Assembly: GCA_973895155.1 (NCBI GenBank)
Contig: OZ316891.1
Span: 20,782,169 to 20,846,168 of the forward strand
DNA from: Marsupella aquatica
Lineage: Eukaryota > Plantae > Marchantiophyta
Direction: 5' to 3'
Length of the DNA: 64,000 bases
Within the stretch, counting starts at the first letter, position 1, and each line of letters opens with the position of its first letter. Positions 21,790-36,858 of the stretch are shown piece by piece. The notes under the pieces are model-generated. The model made no database searches. It saw nothing but the letters and a program-made list of their open reading frames with translations, and was not told the origin of the DNA. The position numbers and the translations under genes were made by a program.

Positions 21790-24700
21790 TGAACCGCAAA
21801 AGGACCCATGTCTCCAGGAAAAAGCGTCTTTAACTGTTCATTCTGGGATTGAAGGCAGTTTGGCTGCAGTGCCTGCCTGTTGTTCTCTCCACAACCTGCA
21901 CATGGAAAAGAGCGGAATTTAGCACCAGTCCTGCATTGCCTTCCCAACGTTGCATGCTGGGTGTCCGATCAGCGTGTCCGATCATCCGTATTCTCTGAGG
22001 CGCATTTTCTTGTGTGGGCCCACGGAATTTGGCGGTAGCTCTCATGGAGTTGGGATCCTTGAATGCATCTCTGGACTAGATGTTTTAGACCTAACAGCTC
22101 TTGTTGCCAGGTTTGCCTTTCAGAGACAGTAAGTGGATGCAAGTATTTGCACACAGTATCATGACGCCAAAACTTGCCCTCTTTAGAGCTTCGACCTTCA
22201 TGCTCGCAGAAATATTCTTCTTGTGGCAGTCATATTACCGCGGATCGTACAGGACAGTGGATGAGGTCTAAACTCTAATTATCCCTCCTGAAAACTCAGT
22301 CTAAGTCTGCCAAAAGAGAGCCTGAGTGGATCGAAAGGTGAATGTTTGTGTCCTACGTTATCTCCATTTACTGACGTTCACGGCAGTCTTTGGCGATTGG
22401 AGTCGGAAAAGTTGAAAAGGAACAACAACTACAACAGTTGTCTGCATGTCTTGTGTTAGGAACTCCTTTCTGCATCCCTATGTCAGTGTGAGAACTCCAT
22501 ACTTATATCGGGACGTTAAAGGCTTGCACTCTACAGTAGAAAGGGATGACCCTAATCCGACGCCGGGCGTTTGGATATTTTGATCCCGAGCCACTTCGCA
22601 GTTTTTGTTAAATTAGCAGAGAATAATAATTAGGTCTGCTTCCAATCTGGAGTTGAGTTCATGCACACAGAGAGTAGGCTTGCATTCCAATTCCAGACTG
22701 AAAGTCCGATCGACCGGTCTTGATAATTATTACCAACTGACCAATCCGCTTATAATACAATACGTCTCTACAAAATGACCAAAGTCTGTCAACAGTCTCG
22801 TCAAGGGCATGAAGGTCCAGAGGACTGAATTCGAGACGAGGGAGTGCTACGGTACGTACGTAGGGCCACCGTACGTCATGTGCACCTTCCTTTCTTTCCC
22901 ATGGTAGTTCACTTACTTACCTGCTAGATAGTTGTACATGGGTCTACTCGCTCTCCTGGGTGTCACGCTTGAATGGCAATGACGGGAGCACCATGGAAAG
23001 CCGAACTAGTTGTATAGATTGCACAAAAAGGTGCGCCTACAGTTTCCATTTCTTTTATGAGAAGCGAGATGAGAAGTTGAGCTAGCCAAGCCAAGGCAAA
23101 CCAAGCCTGTAGTAAACAGTGCAAACTGCGTACCATTGTGTACTACTTCATCAGAACAGTGCTGTATCATTCCGGTCTGACGAACGGAATCTAATGTGGT
23201 GATCCTACGAAATCTCTCTCGCGCGCTTTGCACAGCACGGCGTCAGGTTTCCTGACTCGGGTAAGCTTTTACATTACAGTGCCGGACTTTGCAGACTTAC
23301 TTTGGAGGGCCGGTGGGGCTTGGGAAAAGTAGCAGCGACATTAGTGACAACGCGAGGTGAACATTTACTCTGCGTTGCAGCATGCATTTTTTGATAAAGG
23401 TACCCTGGAGGATTTCCCGGCATTTGGACATATATTGCGTGCCGATGCTACTTTGCATTCAGTTCTTTCCCGTCTTGCTCTGGCTCCACAAGGTATTACT
23501 CGTGATAAACGTGAAACGTCGCTGACGTGCGCGCATCTAGTCGATTGCGAAGTCAAACTAAGTATCAACTGCGATTAAAGTCCTTTGTGTTACTGCTTTC
23601 TTGCTCATTGCGTCTAAACTCGAGAGTTCTTGAGACTGATGCCCTTTAGAAGTATTGAAATGTTTGGAGGATGATCGGCTGCTTTCGCAAACAGGAGTTC
23701 ACTCGCTGCAGAGAGCAGGACATCCATCCGTCAAGAAATAGATCGGTTTCGAGTATAATTCCGTAGAGCTCGAATGGCTTTCAAATCAAAAGTATAGTCT
23801 CGTTTCGAACCATCGGGATCCGTAACTAAGATTCCTGTCGGTGTTGGGTTCGTTGAATAGTGAACCTCCCAATTTGACGCATCCTCATGTACTTTACAAC
23901 TGCCCTTGGTATTCGTCAACCGGATCACGGTGCATGCAAGTTTTGCATTCAGTTGACAGAGTCGGTCACAGCAGTGTCTTCGAAACCCGCATCATTAGCT
24001 TTTACGAGGGAGAGAGTTCGCATGTCTAGCTCTACGGATTTCAAAACAAAAAGCTGCTCCTCAGGCAGTCTTAAATTGATAAAGTATTGAACCTGGCTTT
24101 TATCTCCAGGCTCTGATGCAGATTCCAGTGGCCCCTCCCTACCACTCAGGCTCAGTCACGGATATGCTGAAGAGCTGTTTTACAGAACACATGAATCCAT
24201 AGCTGGAAGCTGGGGACGGATTGCGGGTAGGTGTGTGACTCTCAAAAAGTTCCCGGGAGGTCGACAAGCGAGGTCTAGACTCGGCGCGAACTGAAACATT
24301 TTTTGGAACAGTACGTTGCACATCATGTGGATGTAGGAAAGGAATATCTCAAGCTGCCAGATCGAGGGTCGGAGATTGTCTGAACCTATATATGGGCCAA
24401 ACTTCTATCTGCTTACCTGCTCAATTTAGACCACAGTTGGCAAGCTGTGGGTGAGATCCATAAAAAAAGTATCAAGTGGTTCACCATACATGATAATGCT
24501 CCACCCACAGTGTGTGCATCTCCAAGTTTTGACGTCACAGGACTAAATGCTTCGCAATACATATATACACTGGCCGAGCCTAAATGATTCCCTCTGAGAA
24601 CCTAAAGCCTCACTAGTAATTGTACTGTCAGGATGAGTCTCAAGATTCTTCTCGCTTTTGAAAATTTTCAATTCCGATTATGATCAGGGATGTAGGCTCG

Positions 24701-27700
24701 ACTGGAAGCCGTCATGAACATCGCAATCCTCTTGCGAACCGTGATTACCATTTTACCTTCAGAGCTCACTCTACAGAAGGAAAGCCACCGGCATGCGCAA
24801 GGGTGCTGATCCACTCGTGGAACCAATGATCAGCGATCGTACTGTCTATTTAAACAGACAGCCTTGAGGCCAAAGACAATTCGACCTAAACGTAGAGTCT
24901 AGGTTGAGAATCATTCTTCTTATAATGAAGAAAGTCTAGTCGGAGGGTGAACTTGAGAAGGGGTGGTGAGGTTTGAATTTGTGGATGTGAAGACCAATTT
25001 CTTCTAGCTGACACATGACAAATCCTTTACTGTGATTCAAGATTGAAGATTATATTGCAATGATGTCCAAGCTTGCTGACCCTAAATTGACAACCTGTAT
25101 CGGACAAGCATAATAATTCGCAATCTGCAATGAAACTAGGTGTGGGAATGACGTTTTTTAATTGAGGAGTCGGGCACTAGCTTGAATTGACTTGAAAAGG
25201 AATCAGCCGGACACAATTATGAATGGAGCACGCCATCAACGTTTGCCGTAGTCTTCGAAATCAGGACCTGGCTATTTTGTGACGATTAACTGTGCAGAAA
25301 CGGCCATAGTCAGCTGACTATTGGGAAATGGCTATTGGGAAAGAAAGATGGCATTTCCAGAGGTACTGTACGATCTTTTCTGGATAATAATGATCAGTTG
25401 ATTCTGAAAACATCTAATAAATGCTGGCAATGTGGTAATGATATGCCTTTGTGGGACTCGATTTGCCTTTGTGGGACTCGATTGCGTCACTCCATTCAAT
25501 GTCTCCTCATCATAGAAAACCTACAGCTACGGGAGTAAACCATGGCATACAGCACACCCTCCATAATCATCACTCCTGTAATTGAGAAAGTGTCCTCGCA
25601 CTTATTCAGATTATTGTTTGCTCTTGGAGATCGATGAGTGGCAACTCGGGTCTCTAAACCCTAAAGCCTAAACCGTGAACTGTCTGACAGTTCAAAATTG
25701 CGTTATAAAATTAGGGTTCTCTGTAAAAGAAAGTTCATTGCAGTGCTCTCAAAACTTCCGCGTTATCAGCCTTCGTCCATATAGACTCGAGTGCACTATA
25801 GGGAGAATCTATGGCTACATTCACTCCCTGCATCACATTTTATGTACAACACTTAGTGGTTTCTAAACCTGAGGCAGGCAGTGCTTCCAGATTTCGGTCA
25901 TGTCTCTCGCCAATCAAGTGGGCGAGACGTACAGCAGAAAAGTTTATGATTACTCTTGTCCTTGGAATGATCTGCAACCCTCTCTACAGGAGCCAAGCTT
26001 TATCGAGCTAGCACTCGATCAGCGCACACAACTCCTCCCTCATCTACTGTAGATATGGCTTCTGAAGTGTCCGCCAAGCATGCCAAAGTAGTAGTGGAAT
26101 ATAGTAGGCTGACAGTGGGCGATAATGCTCTCCAGAGTTCCCTCTGGTCTAGTGCACAGTTAGCCTTACTTGATCACGTTGTCAGTTCATCATCTTCGAT
26201 CAGTATAGCTGCACGACGGTGACCACACAGCCTCGACCAAAGTGACTGCCCTTCTCTGCGGAACCACTCAGTTTTACAGTCGAGGGGAGCTATGCCAATA
26301 GATTAAAAGCGAAGAGCGAATTAAGCACTACAGTAGACGGCTTTCTCAAAACCCTGACTCTACAACAGATTCATCTCTCTTGCAGCTAATTTTGAAATTT
26401 AGTATCTCCATTAGTCTCTACAGTGGTGGCATGGGGTGGGCTGAACTCGTGTCTGTGCTGCAGCAGGAGGATGACGACGGTGGCTACGTCTATCGATTAA
26501 GGAGTGTAGTACAGTGGCATGCATACGAGTTTGTCGTGCTCAGAGATGGTTTTGCCAGCCAATTCTCGGTCATGCTTGAAAATCCCGAGACGTCGCTACT
26601 GCATCGTGCGTCTGTCTGTGGTTCTGACCATGGACCTCACTTCAGCTGAACCTGCAGGATGATCGATCCAATCCATTCCCTTGCCGCCTCTGGAGGCACA
26701 CCTTCATGCGTGAGTCGGAGCTCTGGTTTACGTACTGACGTTTCCGACCTTCCGTGTCACATGTGTGAGGTGACAAGCAATTACTGGGATGGTTTGACCA
26801 CATTAAGCGCGTCGGAGGAGCAAACCTGGCCTTTGCTGAAAACCAGCCCATCTCGTCCAAAGTTCCTGGTCCCTGCAATTAATCAAATCTTCTAGAAAAC
26901 ATATCTGGACAGTCAGTTCAGCTCCAAAGTTCCTGGTACCTGCAATTAATTCCTTTCCTTCTTCGAGAAAACATTTCTGGACAGTCAGTTCAACAGTGAT
27001 GCCCATTTCAGAGCCAAACATATCCCCCAGAGCTCAGGTCTACTAGGCCTCAATCCAAACATATTCTGTATATACAACGGAGTAGAGTGTGCACCACAAC
27101 TTATCCCTACAGTACACCGTAAACCCTAGAATCATGCAGCCGAATCACTTGCAGGTTAATGTGAAGATTTCCGTATCGTTGAGCGCATGCCCTTCGGCGC
27201 CCCCAAACCATTTCACCATGAAAAGTGAGAATCAAGACCTGCGGAGTCCCTGGTAGAGTGATTATATGATGAATTTCATGTGGTAGGGTGATTCTAATCT
27301 GTCTACACTGTAAACATGGCCACTGTGTATGATTGTCAGCCTATGTCTTCGAAGTGACCCGTGACTATGAAGATTTCTATCTGAGAGGATGCAGCCCAAT
27401 CCGCTCTCTTGTAGGTTCGTACGTGTGGAGATTTCTTCCAGGGATTTTGATTTGTTCCGAAATCTATTTGCACACGAGTGCTGAAGTGAAGCCTAAAAGT
27501 TTTTCAATTTACCATACTGAACAACGCCGGAACTATCATATTGATTCACGACCTTCACTTGGAATCATCCAGCTACCATCTCTCTTACTTTCGCCCATCT
27601 TACTGGTTCGTGTGAAGATCTGATCAATCCACTTCTTTAAAAATGATCGAAATTTTCTTTTCTTTCCTTTTCTGCACCTTATCCTTATCGTCATCATCAG

Positions 27701-30700
27701 CAGTCCATTTCTATTGGACCTTTATACACACTTGACTGAGCGTTGATCGATCGACAGGGTCAATTAAATGGTTCACAATGTCAGGAGTTGTAACGACTTC
27801 GATGATGACAGCTCGAAGGCATTGTAAAGGTCAGCTAATTGTTGATTGGAGTTGAGAACACACACACACACCAGCACATGGAGAAGCTCTCACTGGTGAA
27901 CGCGTCTAGCTGCAGTAGCCTTCTCCCAAAATTCAACACGTCGAGTAAGTGTCAATCTCATGTTACATTTCACACTCGAAAATATATATACATCCACCAT
28001 CATTCTGTCCAGAAAGCCTCAACAAACAAAGTGACATGCACCTAAAGAATGATGCCTGGGGAAGAACTACCGAATCTACAGACTGCCAGACTGAGGGATT
28101 TGTCTCATCAGCCAGTCTGGTACAGTGCAGCTAGCAGGGCAGTGCGATCCACTGTATTTTTTTAACCTTTTTTGTTTGTTTTTGTTTTTGGCCATTGTGG
28201 GGAATGTCATTCTGTGAAGGGGACGATGCTACTAACACTCTTCTCTGTTTCCTGACCCTTAGATCTCCCTAGATTTAAGGGTGACTGTTAGATTCTGGCT
28301 AATGGGGTCTATAACTACTGTAGGTGGGAAACAATCTAGCCAAATTTTTGCCAAAAGTAGCGAAAACATTTTGGAGGCTAAATCTGACAAAAATTTGCAT
28401 CCAGAAAATTTATGCAAGGCGGGGATGGAGACATGGTTACCCATAGCAGACCGAGCCTGGTGGGCTAACATTTTTGGCTCCAAAACACCAAGGGCATCTA
28501 GGCAGGTCCTTTCAGTTGGTGGACCTGTGGGAGTGCTCTAATAAGCCCATTGCATGTGAATCACCTTCATGACAGTGGTTATGAAGTTGCAGCTATCTAG
28601 TGATTGATCTCTGAAACCCTGACCCATAACCTTGTAACTTCTAACTTGCCTGAGACATGCATCTTGACACAAGGAATTACTTTTGGGAAATTGAAGCCCA
28701 ATGCTGGGACTGCAGCAAAACCCACTTTTCTGCTCACAAAGAGTACATAGCACATCAATGAGTCTAATATGGCAAAAAGACAGTTAAGGGCTTAGTTGTC
28801 CTGGCCATATGTACAGTCGGTATCTCAATTGTCAATGAAATTTGACTATATTAGGCTTATTAAAAAGATCTTTCCAGACAATTTCTAATTTACTAGAAAA
28901 TAAGATCGCATTGTTTCTTGAGGGAGATACTCAAAGCCAAAGTTAGCCACTCAAAAACTTTCAGAAGCACAAATTAAGTTTGGATCTTTAGAAATTCATT
29001 ACTCAATGAAATCTTCATGAAAACTAAAGATATTAGAGTGACTGGAAAGATCTTTCCAAGAAACTTCTAACTAGCCCAAGACGAGTATTCAATTGGGTAT
29101 CAATGGAGATATTGAATATCAAACTTTGCTGTTCCAAACTTGTTGTAAACTAAAAGCCAAGGTGTTAATGCGTGAAGGTGTAAAGGTGTCAGTCCATGGG
29201 GGTGACATGGTTCAAGAGCTTGGTCCATGGGAGCATCATTTTCCATTACAGCAACCTCTCTTGAAGTGCACACTCCCAGAAACAAGCCTCCAATGTGCAC
29301 TGAATGAATGAGGGTTTGCACTATATCATAAGTTCAAACACTTGGAATTTCCACTCATCACTTGCAACGGGCCCTCTGTCAAGCTGTTCCAACCATTTGA
29401 TGTGATTTGAACAGCCAAAAGAGAATTAATACCACCCATAAAATTATAAATCTTGGTGGCACACTACCTGGTACTCACTTCCTTCCTAAATTGTACATCT
29501 TTGCCCTAAAGAGTGATCCCCTACCCATTAAGTGCAAATTTACTCTACTTCGAATGATGCATTTTAATGACCACTAACAATGATGCACTTAAACTACCAC
29601 TAGCCACGAAAAAACCTGGATCCACCAAATTTCACCATTAATAATACTTTTCCTTAAATTCTGGAGAGGAGAGGGAAATGAAAAAGGGAGAATTCCTGGA
29701 CACTTCCTCTATTAAATGGCTAGTGGCAGTTTTAATTTAGTGGAGCCCTCTTTGCAATTTCAGACAGTGCACAGAAAGTGCAAAATGTTGGGGAAAAAGG
29801 CCAGAGATATGCTTAGTAGACCCCCTTCTGGAAAGAGTTTGCTTAATCAACCCCCTCTATACATTTCCCCAATCTGGACCGTTGATGGACCTTTCAATCT
29901 CAGATCTGGACCGTTGATAGACCTCAGAGGGTCCATCAAATAACAAGTTTCATCTTGGGGGTTATCAAGCAAATACCTCGGAAAAAGGCAGAGCTGCACA
30001 CCATGCAACTATCCAGGGTTCGCACTTAGGAATGTGCACTCAACGAGAGACAACTGTATAATTATGTACAGCACAGATTTGCGGGGGAAAACTCATCTTC
30101 ATCCAAAGTGGTGCTAGCTTTAGTTGTACTGTACAACTTGTGACCAATTGATTCGGAATGGGCCTGGATACAGTCGTGCCCAGCTGGGCACAGAGAACCA
30201 AGCTGCTTGTCAGACAATCTTCCATTATAATTTTCATGATTTCTAAAAGGTAGTTCCTTCATTTTGCCAGAAAGGATCACAACACTCTTTTTTCTTTATC
30301 GAATTCAAGACGACTTTTCAAGAGAAACAAAATTCAAAAGGACATGGCGGTTCAGATTTGGCGGTGAGGTCTTCCATAGGATTGCGACCGTCGGGAACTA
30401 AAGTTTACATTCCGCTCGATGAATCCTGCAATGTCTCTGAACGATTGAAACGGTGACGAATCTCATAGCAGGTGTCCAGAGCAATTTCTCAAGACTCTAA
30501 TGAGCTCCTGAAGATTCGGGTCCGACAACTTAAATGTCACACTTGTTAGCCCACCGCAACTTTGTCCAAGTTATGCCTCTTCTTTACTTCACATTCTCAT
30601 ATCTTGAGGCACAATTTTAAGAATCTCAAAGACCTGAATCTACTCAGCTGGAAAATAGTCATGTCCTCAGAGCGGACAGTACGTCATGCTGAAGATGGAC

Positions 30701-33700
30701 ATGATATCTATTGAAAGGCCCCAAAATCCGTAAATCGAATCACATTTGGCTCCAGGCAGACACATTGTGTTATTTGTGTAATGAATACCTCTTTGAAAAC
30801 AACGGCGTCTTTAAATTTTCTCCCCTTGGACACAATTTGCTTTTCGGAAACGACACTGGAGGCCTTCAGAATTCGTTGTGCGAAGCTGCAGAATGATGTG
30901 AAGGAATAATGCAGTTCGATTGGATGAAACTGTTAAATCTCGAACCTCCAAATTGATCAGACACAGTGTCCCAAGTGTGGACTCTCAATATAGGGATGAA
31001 CATATATCTCGGCTAAGAATGGGTAATTTTGGACTCGCACCTGTTGTTAATGCAGCGTGGAAAACAATTGCTGGTAGTCCTATCTCATGGCCCTCGAAAT
31101 CCAGGATGCAAAATCGATGCGGATTTGACTGAAACAAATCATGACCCACATTAACCACATCCTTCCTCGCGCCATCCTGAGTTCTGTGGGCTCTTTTGGA
31201 GGTTGGAGCCTCATCAATGGCGGGACACCGTCGGTGAAGGTCGTGAGTTTAGTCACGGATTGGAGAAATGACACCGTCTCAAAGCGTCCCCTTTACTAGA
31301 ATGGCGTCAATATAGTAAGAAATCAGCTGGTAGATAATCGAACGACCCTCCTCTGAATCAAGCCAACGACGCCACAATCTTAATTATGACCACGACTGAA
31401 TACGTTTCCTGAATTCCTCGATCTCAACCAAAGACAGCCGACGCACTATGGATTACAACGTTCGCGTTCGAGCTGATCGATGCCGCATCTAAAACCACCC
31501 TGTCGTACACATTAGTTCGACGACGCGCGACTGTGACCTACAGTAGAGAGCCCGCCGCCCCGCGTTCTCCGATTGTTCATCCACCAGTATTGTTGACCTG
31601 AGCTGAACTGACCATCGCCCTGAAGCTGTTTATATTACATGAGCTTTGTACACGTTCTGGTAGGCAAGTTGGATGCTCAACGTATTTCAAAGCATCTAGA
31701 GTGAACTATGATTACCCCGGAAGTTGTAGATTTAACAGCTGGACGTCTTTTGGTAGTTCACCTGGTCGGTAGTCTGGGCAAACTGAGATTACACGAAACC
31801 TTCTTGGATTATTGACACGAGCTGATTCACAGTGAGCTCCGTGTCTTTGAATGCATCTAAGGGACATTTGTCAACGTTTGTCCAAAGCCGGGGGTCTAAG
31901 ATAAATTCATCCTGCCCGGAGCTGGCTGGAAAGCTGGTGAAGTGTCTTCAATGCATCCCCTAGACATAGCGCTAAAGCATTGACCGACTCTAGAATGACA
32001 ACACCGATCGATACAGCTTGATCAATTGAAGCTTGAGAAGGGTACGTACAGCACAGCACCTCGCAGACAGACCGGCCGTTGCCAACGACGAAGGGGCGAC
32101 GAAGTTGATGGTACCATTAGCGTTGCAGTTCTTGAAGGACTGCAGACCCGTGTGATCGAGTGTGCTACAGAATGTCCTGCTTGCCGTAGAATCTGTACGA
32201 GTAGAAAGCCGCCATATCCGCACTCACTCGTGACGCCACGGCCTGCCCTCCCACAGCCCCCGGCAATGGCATTGGCGCCGTGTTCTGCACTTTTCAGGCA
32301 ATCAATTGATAGAAAAACCACCCAATCCATAACGGTAAGCAACATAGATTGTATGACCCTATCATATATCCATAGAAATTTTGAATAGAATTCAGTGGGT
32401 TCATTTGTAGACTGAATATTGGGCCAAGCGCATAAATCTCTCAACCGTTTTTTATTGTAGGTTCAAGGAGAAAAATGAATTTCCTTATGGCATATAAGCT
32501 ATGTAGTCAGAAAGAGAAACTAAAGTCTACAATTATTCGGCTATGGTCATTAGCTTTGCCAGACTTTTCGACAAACAAATTTGGTCGTCCAAGTATAGTT
32601 TGAAGAGAGTTTGGGAATATAGGCTGTCTCACAGAAAATAATCTTCTTATCTTGAGATCATTAACTTGAAGCAGTTTTTCGGAGGATGAAATTGGTCACC
32701 ATAACATCAAGAGAAATTCCACTCACTCCTGAAGTTTTAAACAAGGGAGACTTCTATCAAAGAATGTACGCTAGAGGAAAGGAAAAAGTCTAGAAAAAGG
32801 AATATGTATTCACTGAGCACCACACATTTGTGAGGCGCTGATTACAAAACAAGAACACTCTAAGGGAAGCCTGACCGTATACAGGAAAGGGCGTGACATT
32901 GTGAAAATGATCATAAGCAGCTTGATGGTAATGTACTTGGCGATGAAGTACTTCGAAGTCACAGCTACACTGGCGCTCCTGAAATTCCTCAAGGGCGATC
33001 CTTGTTTAAAACAGCTGCTGTGGCGTTAAATTCTAAAACAGTACGGATCTCGGATCTGTGGTTGTCTGACCTCTCATCCTCCAACGTCATATAACGCTTC
33101 TTGGTAGATATAGTCACGTGCTCCCTATACATTGAATCAGGATGGATCAATTCACCCAAGCATGAAAGTCATTTATGTTTGAATACGATAACCTGAAACG
33201 ATCTAACCTGCAGCGCTCAGTGCAGACTGATCCATGCATTGCAACTTGATTGGGAAAAGATTGATCAATAAACGTGCTTCAACAGAATTACTAACTTTTT
33301 TGTAGAAATCAAGCCTTGCATTCGTTGGAACGGACACGGTACTCGAACTGTGGGATGAATGCTTCTCTTGTACGTAGTAATTAAATCAGAGCCTGATCAA
33401 AAGCAGAGAAGCGTGTGTTGAAGCGGTGCAATACCTCCATTCACACCTGTCAACGCTTGCTTTGATCTTGATGAGTTCAAGCTGGAAATACAAGCAGGCG
33501 TTTAAGCTTGATCCTCGTTCACCTTATGGATATCATCTATGATAGCTTGAATAGATTCGGAATGACCAGTGCCATCCTTAGCCACTATAATTGTGCGTTT
33601 GGTGCATGCCAGGAACTGATTTGATGGACTCTTGAAGTCCGACTTCCTGAATCTACGACGTTGCCGTTAGTCCAACACTTGACAGTTGCTATGGTACATA

Positions 33701-35969
33701 ACAAGACAGCAAATCATGCATCACCCCATCGTTGGGAGTCTTATTGAACAATGCCCCTGGTGAAATTGTCACACAGCCATTACCAATAAACAAGTCATCA
33801 CGGGTCCAACCTTCCAGTTCTGTAAAAACGAAAACAAAGGTTCTTTCGATGACCTGCCCCTTGACTTTCATTAGGGAACTCAAAGGCACTCACGACCAAA
33901 ATTATGTCCATCTGCAATGAGAAAGTAGGCCTCCTGAAGCTTTACAGTCACTTTCGAAAATGCCAATTCTCTATGTTCACACTGGACGCACTTCCTCGAG
34001 CATGATCCTTGGCTGTTCTTGCTTATTTTGCCGAAATGCCTACCACAATTGAAAGAAAGAAAACAACAAAACAGAGCCAATTCCAATGCACATCAATTCA
34101 ACAGCGAAGATTAACATTGGAAGTTCCACAGAGCGCAAGTGCTAATTATGAAGTCCAATAATGAAAATAATAGGTCAGAGAAATAATTCGAAGTACGGGC
34201 CTTCGCATGCTCTAGCAACAGTTGTGCCTGGTGTAATGCCTACATAAAAACCACCATTCGCGTCTGGTCTCTCCACAGCGACAGCAACAGCAACCTCCTC
34301 GCCTTTGTCGACATGTAATCTACATGCAAGCAACCCTGGCACAAAACCTGAACTCACAAGATACATATGGCACATTGCATTACAGTAGCGGCGTCTGCAA
34401 GGCGAAGACTAGAGGTTCCAATTCTTTCGATAACTTTCCTTTGCTTATCAATTGAAATGATTTGGCTGAAACAGAGTTGGGTGTTTCCTGGTACCAGTCT
34501 AGTTCTACAGTGAATCATGCCCTGTTCTGCACAACTCCTATCTCTCACGTGCTATCTGTTTGTCAAGTCCATTCAACTAGCACCCTCACTCTAGTCCACA
34601 AAATGGTGAACCCCAATCCGACCCGAGGCCAAATAATAATACGTTCCTCTTCAACATGATGAAATACGATACTGGAGACGCGTCTCGCATCAAGAAAAGG
34701 ACATCAGAGGGCATTAAATTTTTCACACTGCAGGCCGGGGCAACTATAGGAATATGCTCGCAAAACTATCGTTAACCCAATTCATGAAAAGGAATCGACC
34801 AACCTACATTGGCTCCACGAAGTACTGCCTCGGAATATTTCCGGCTCACAACGACCCCATTCATGAGGAATTCACCTGCCATTTCTGCATTCAACCATGC
34901 CTTCTCACCATCACCACATCCTTCAAGATGGGATGTGCTCCCAGAATATGTCAGAACTGAGACGCTTGCTGTTCCCATTGACACCCTTTGCTCCTGTGGT
35001 GAAGTGCTGGTCCTGGATTGTCTGATACCTTCCACCATCAAAGAAACCGCTCTGTTGAGAAGCTAATTCCTCGTCAAGGTCAATCCAGTCCTTTCCTCTA
35101 AAGCTCTGACCTTCAAAAACCCCCGAAATGGGTCCACATGATTCACAGAAATGGTATGTAGCTTTTGCATAACCTCACGGGTGGTTGGTGAGTATTGACA
35201 CGGACAGTGGAAGTAATACATGGCCGCGTGAATTATCGGCAATGCAACATACGTTACAAGCAAATCGTTTTTAGAACTTTAATATGAAAATGTGGTTGGA
35301 GAAGAAACAAGATTATCAAAAAAAGGCATTTCCATCATGGCCACAGCTTTCTTGTCCAGTTGTTTTGAAACTATTGTGGGGACATCTAGTTGCGCAAAGT
35401 CGAAAGAAAATGTTCCTAACTTGTACATTTGTTTTCAACCACTACTTGGCAGAATCAGGGAAAGTTGAAAGAATTGTTCCTTCGACCTTCCTTGATTCGG
35501 CCAAGAGTGGGTGAAAACAAAGGGAGCAAAGTTAAGAGTCAATTTTCGGACACAGAACAAACTCATCAAGCAAAATTCCACAACGTGAATCGCGTCAGCT
35601 GCAATGTCTAAACAAAGTGAGGAACACAGGGAGGGAAAGGCCGAAACCATACGTGACAGCGATGTAAGTTTTCGCGAACATCCAGATTCAACAGATTGGA
35701 GTTGGTAATAAGAGTTCTGTCATGAACCAACTGACTACATAGAAGCGAAGCAGATGATTACGGCTGTGACACTCGGATCCAATGTTTTTCTAAAACCATA
35801 ATGACAATGCGAATTCTGTGCTAGAAATACACAAGCGTCCTGCCATCAAATACATTGCTGGAATTAACCTGAGAAGTGGAACACATTTCCAGTTGCAGAG
35901 CTCGTCATTCCTACTCCGTCCAATGCATCAACTTCAGAAGATGCAAAGGCGTTGAGCGCAATCGTCTCT

Positions 35970-36858
<889 letters not shown>

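Noticed and set aside
23600-24321. Coding-like minus-strand fragments (..QYFINLRLPEEQLFVLKSVELD.., ..ILVTDPDGSKRDYTFDLKAIR..)
   Set aside because: They are frameshifted and I recognised no family. This may be a pseudogene, but it needs BLASTX.
29591-29732. 16-bp inverted repeat (AAACTACCACTAGCCA / TGGCTAGTGGCAGTTT)
   Set aside because: No convincing TSD or element boundaries.
32026-32388. ORF with ECPACRRIC (RING-like)
   Set aside because: The rest of a RING motif is missing and no splice structure supports it.
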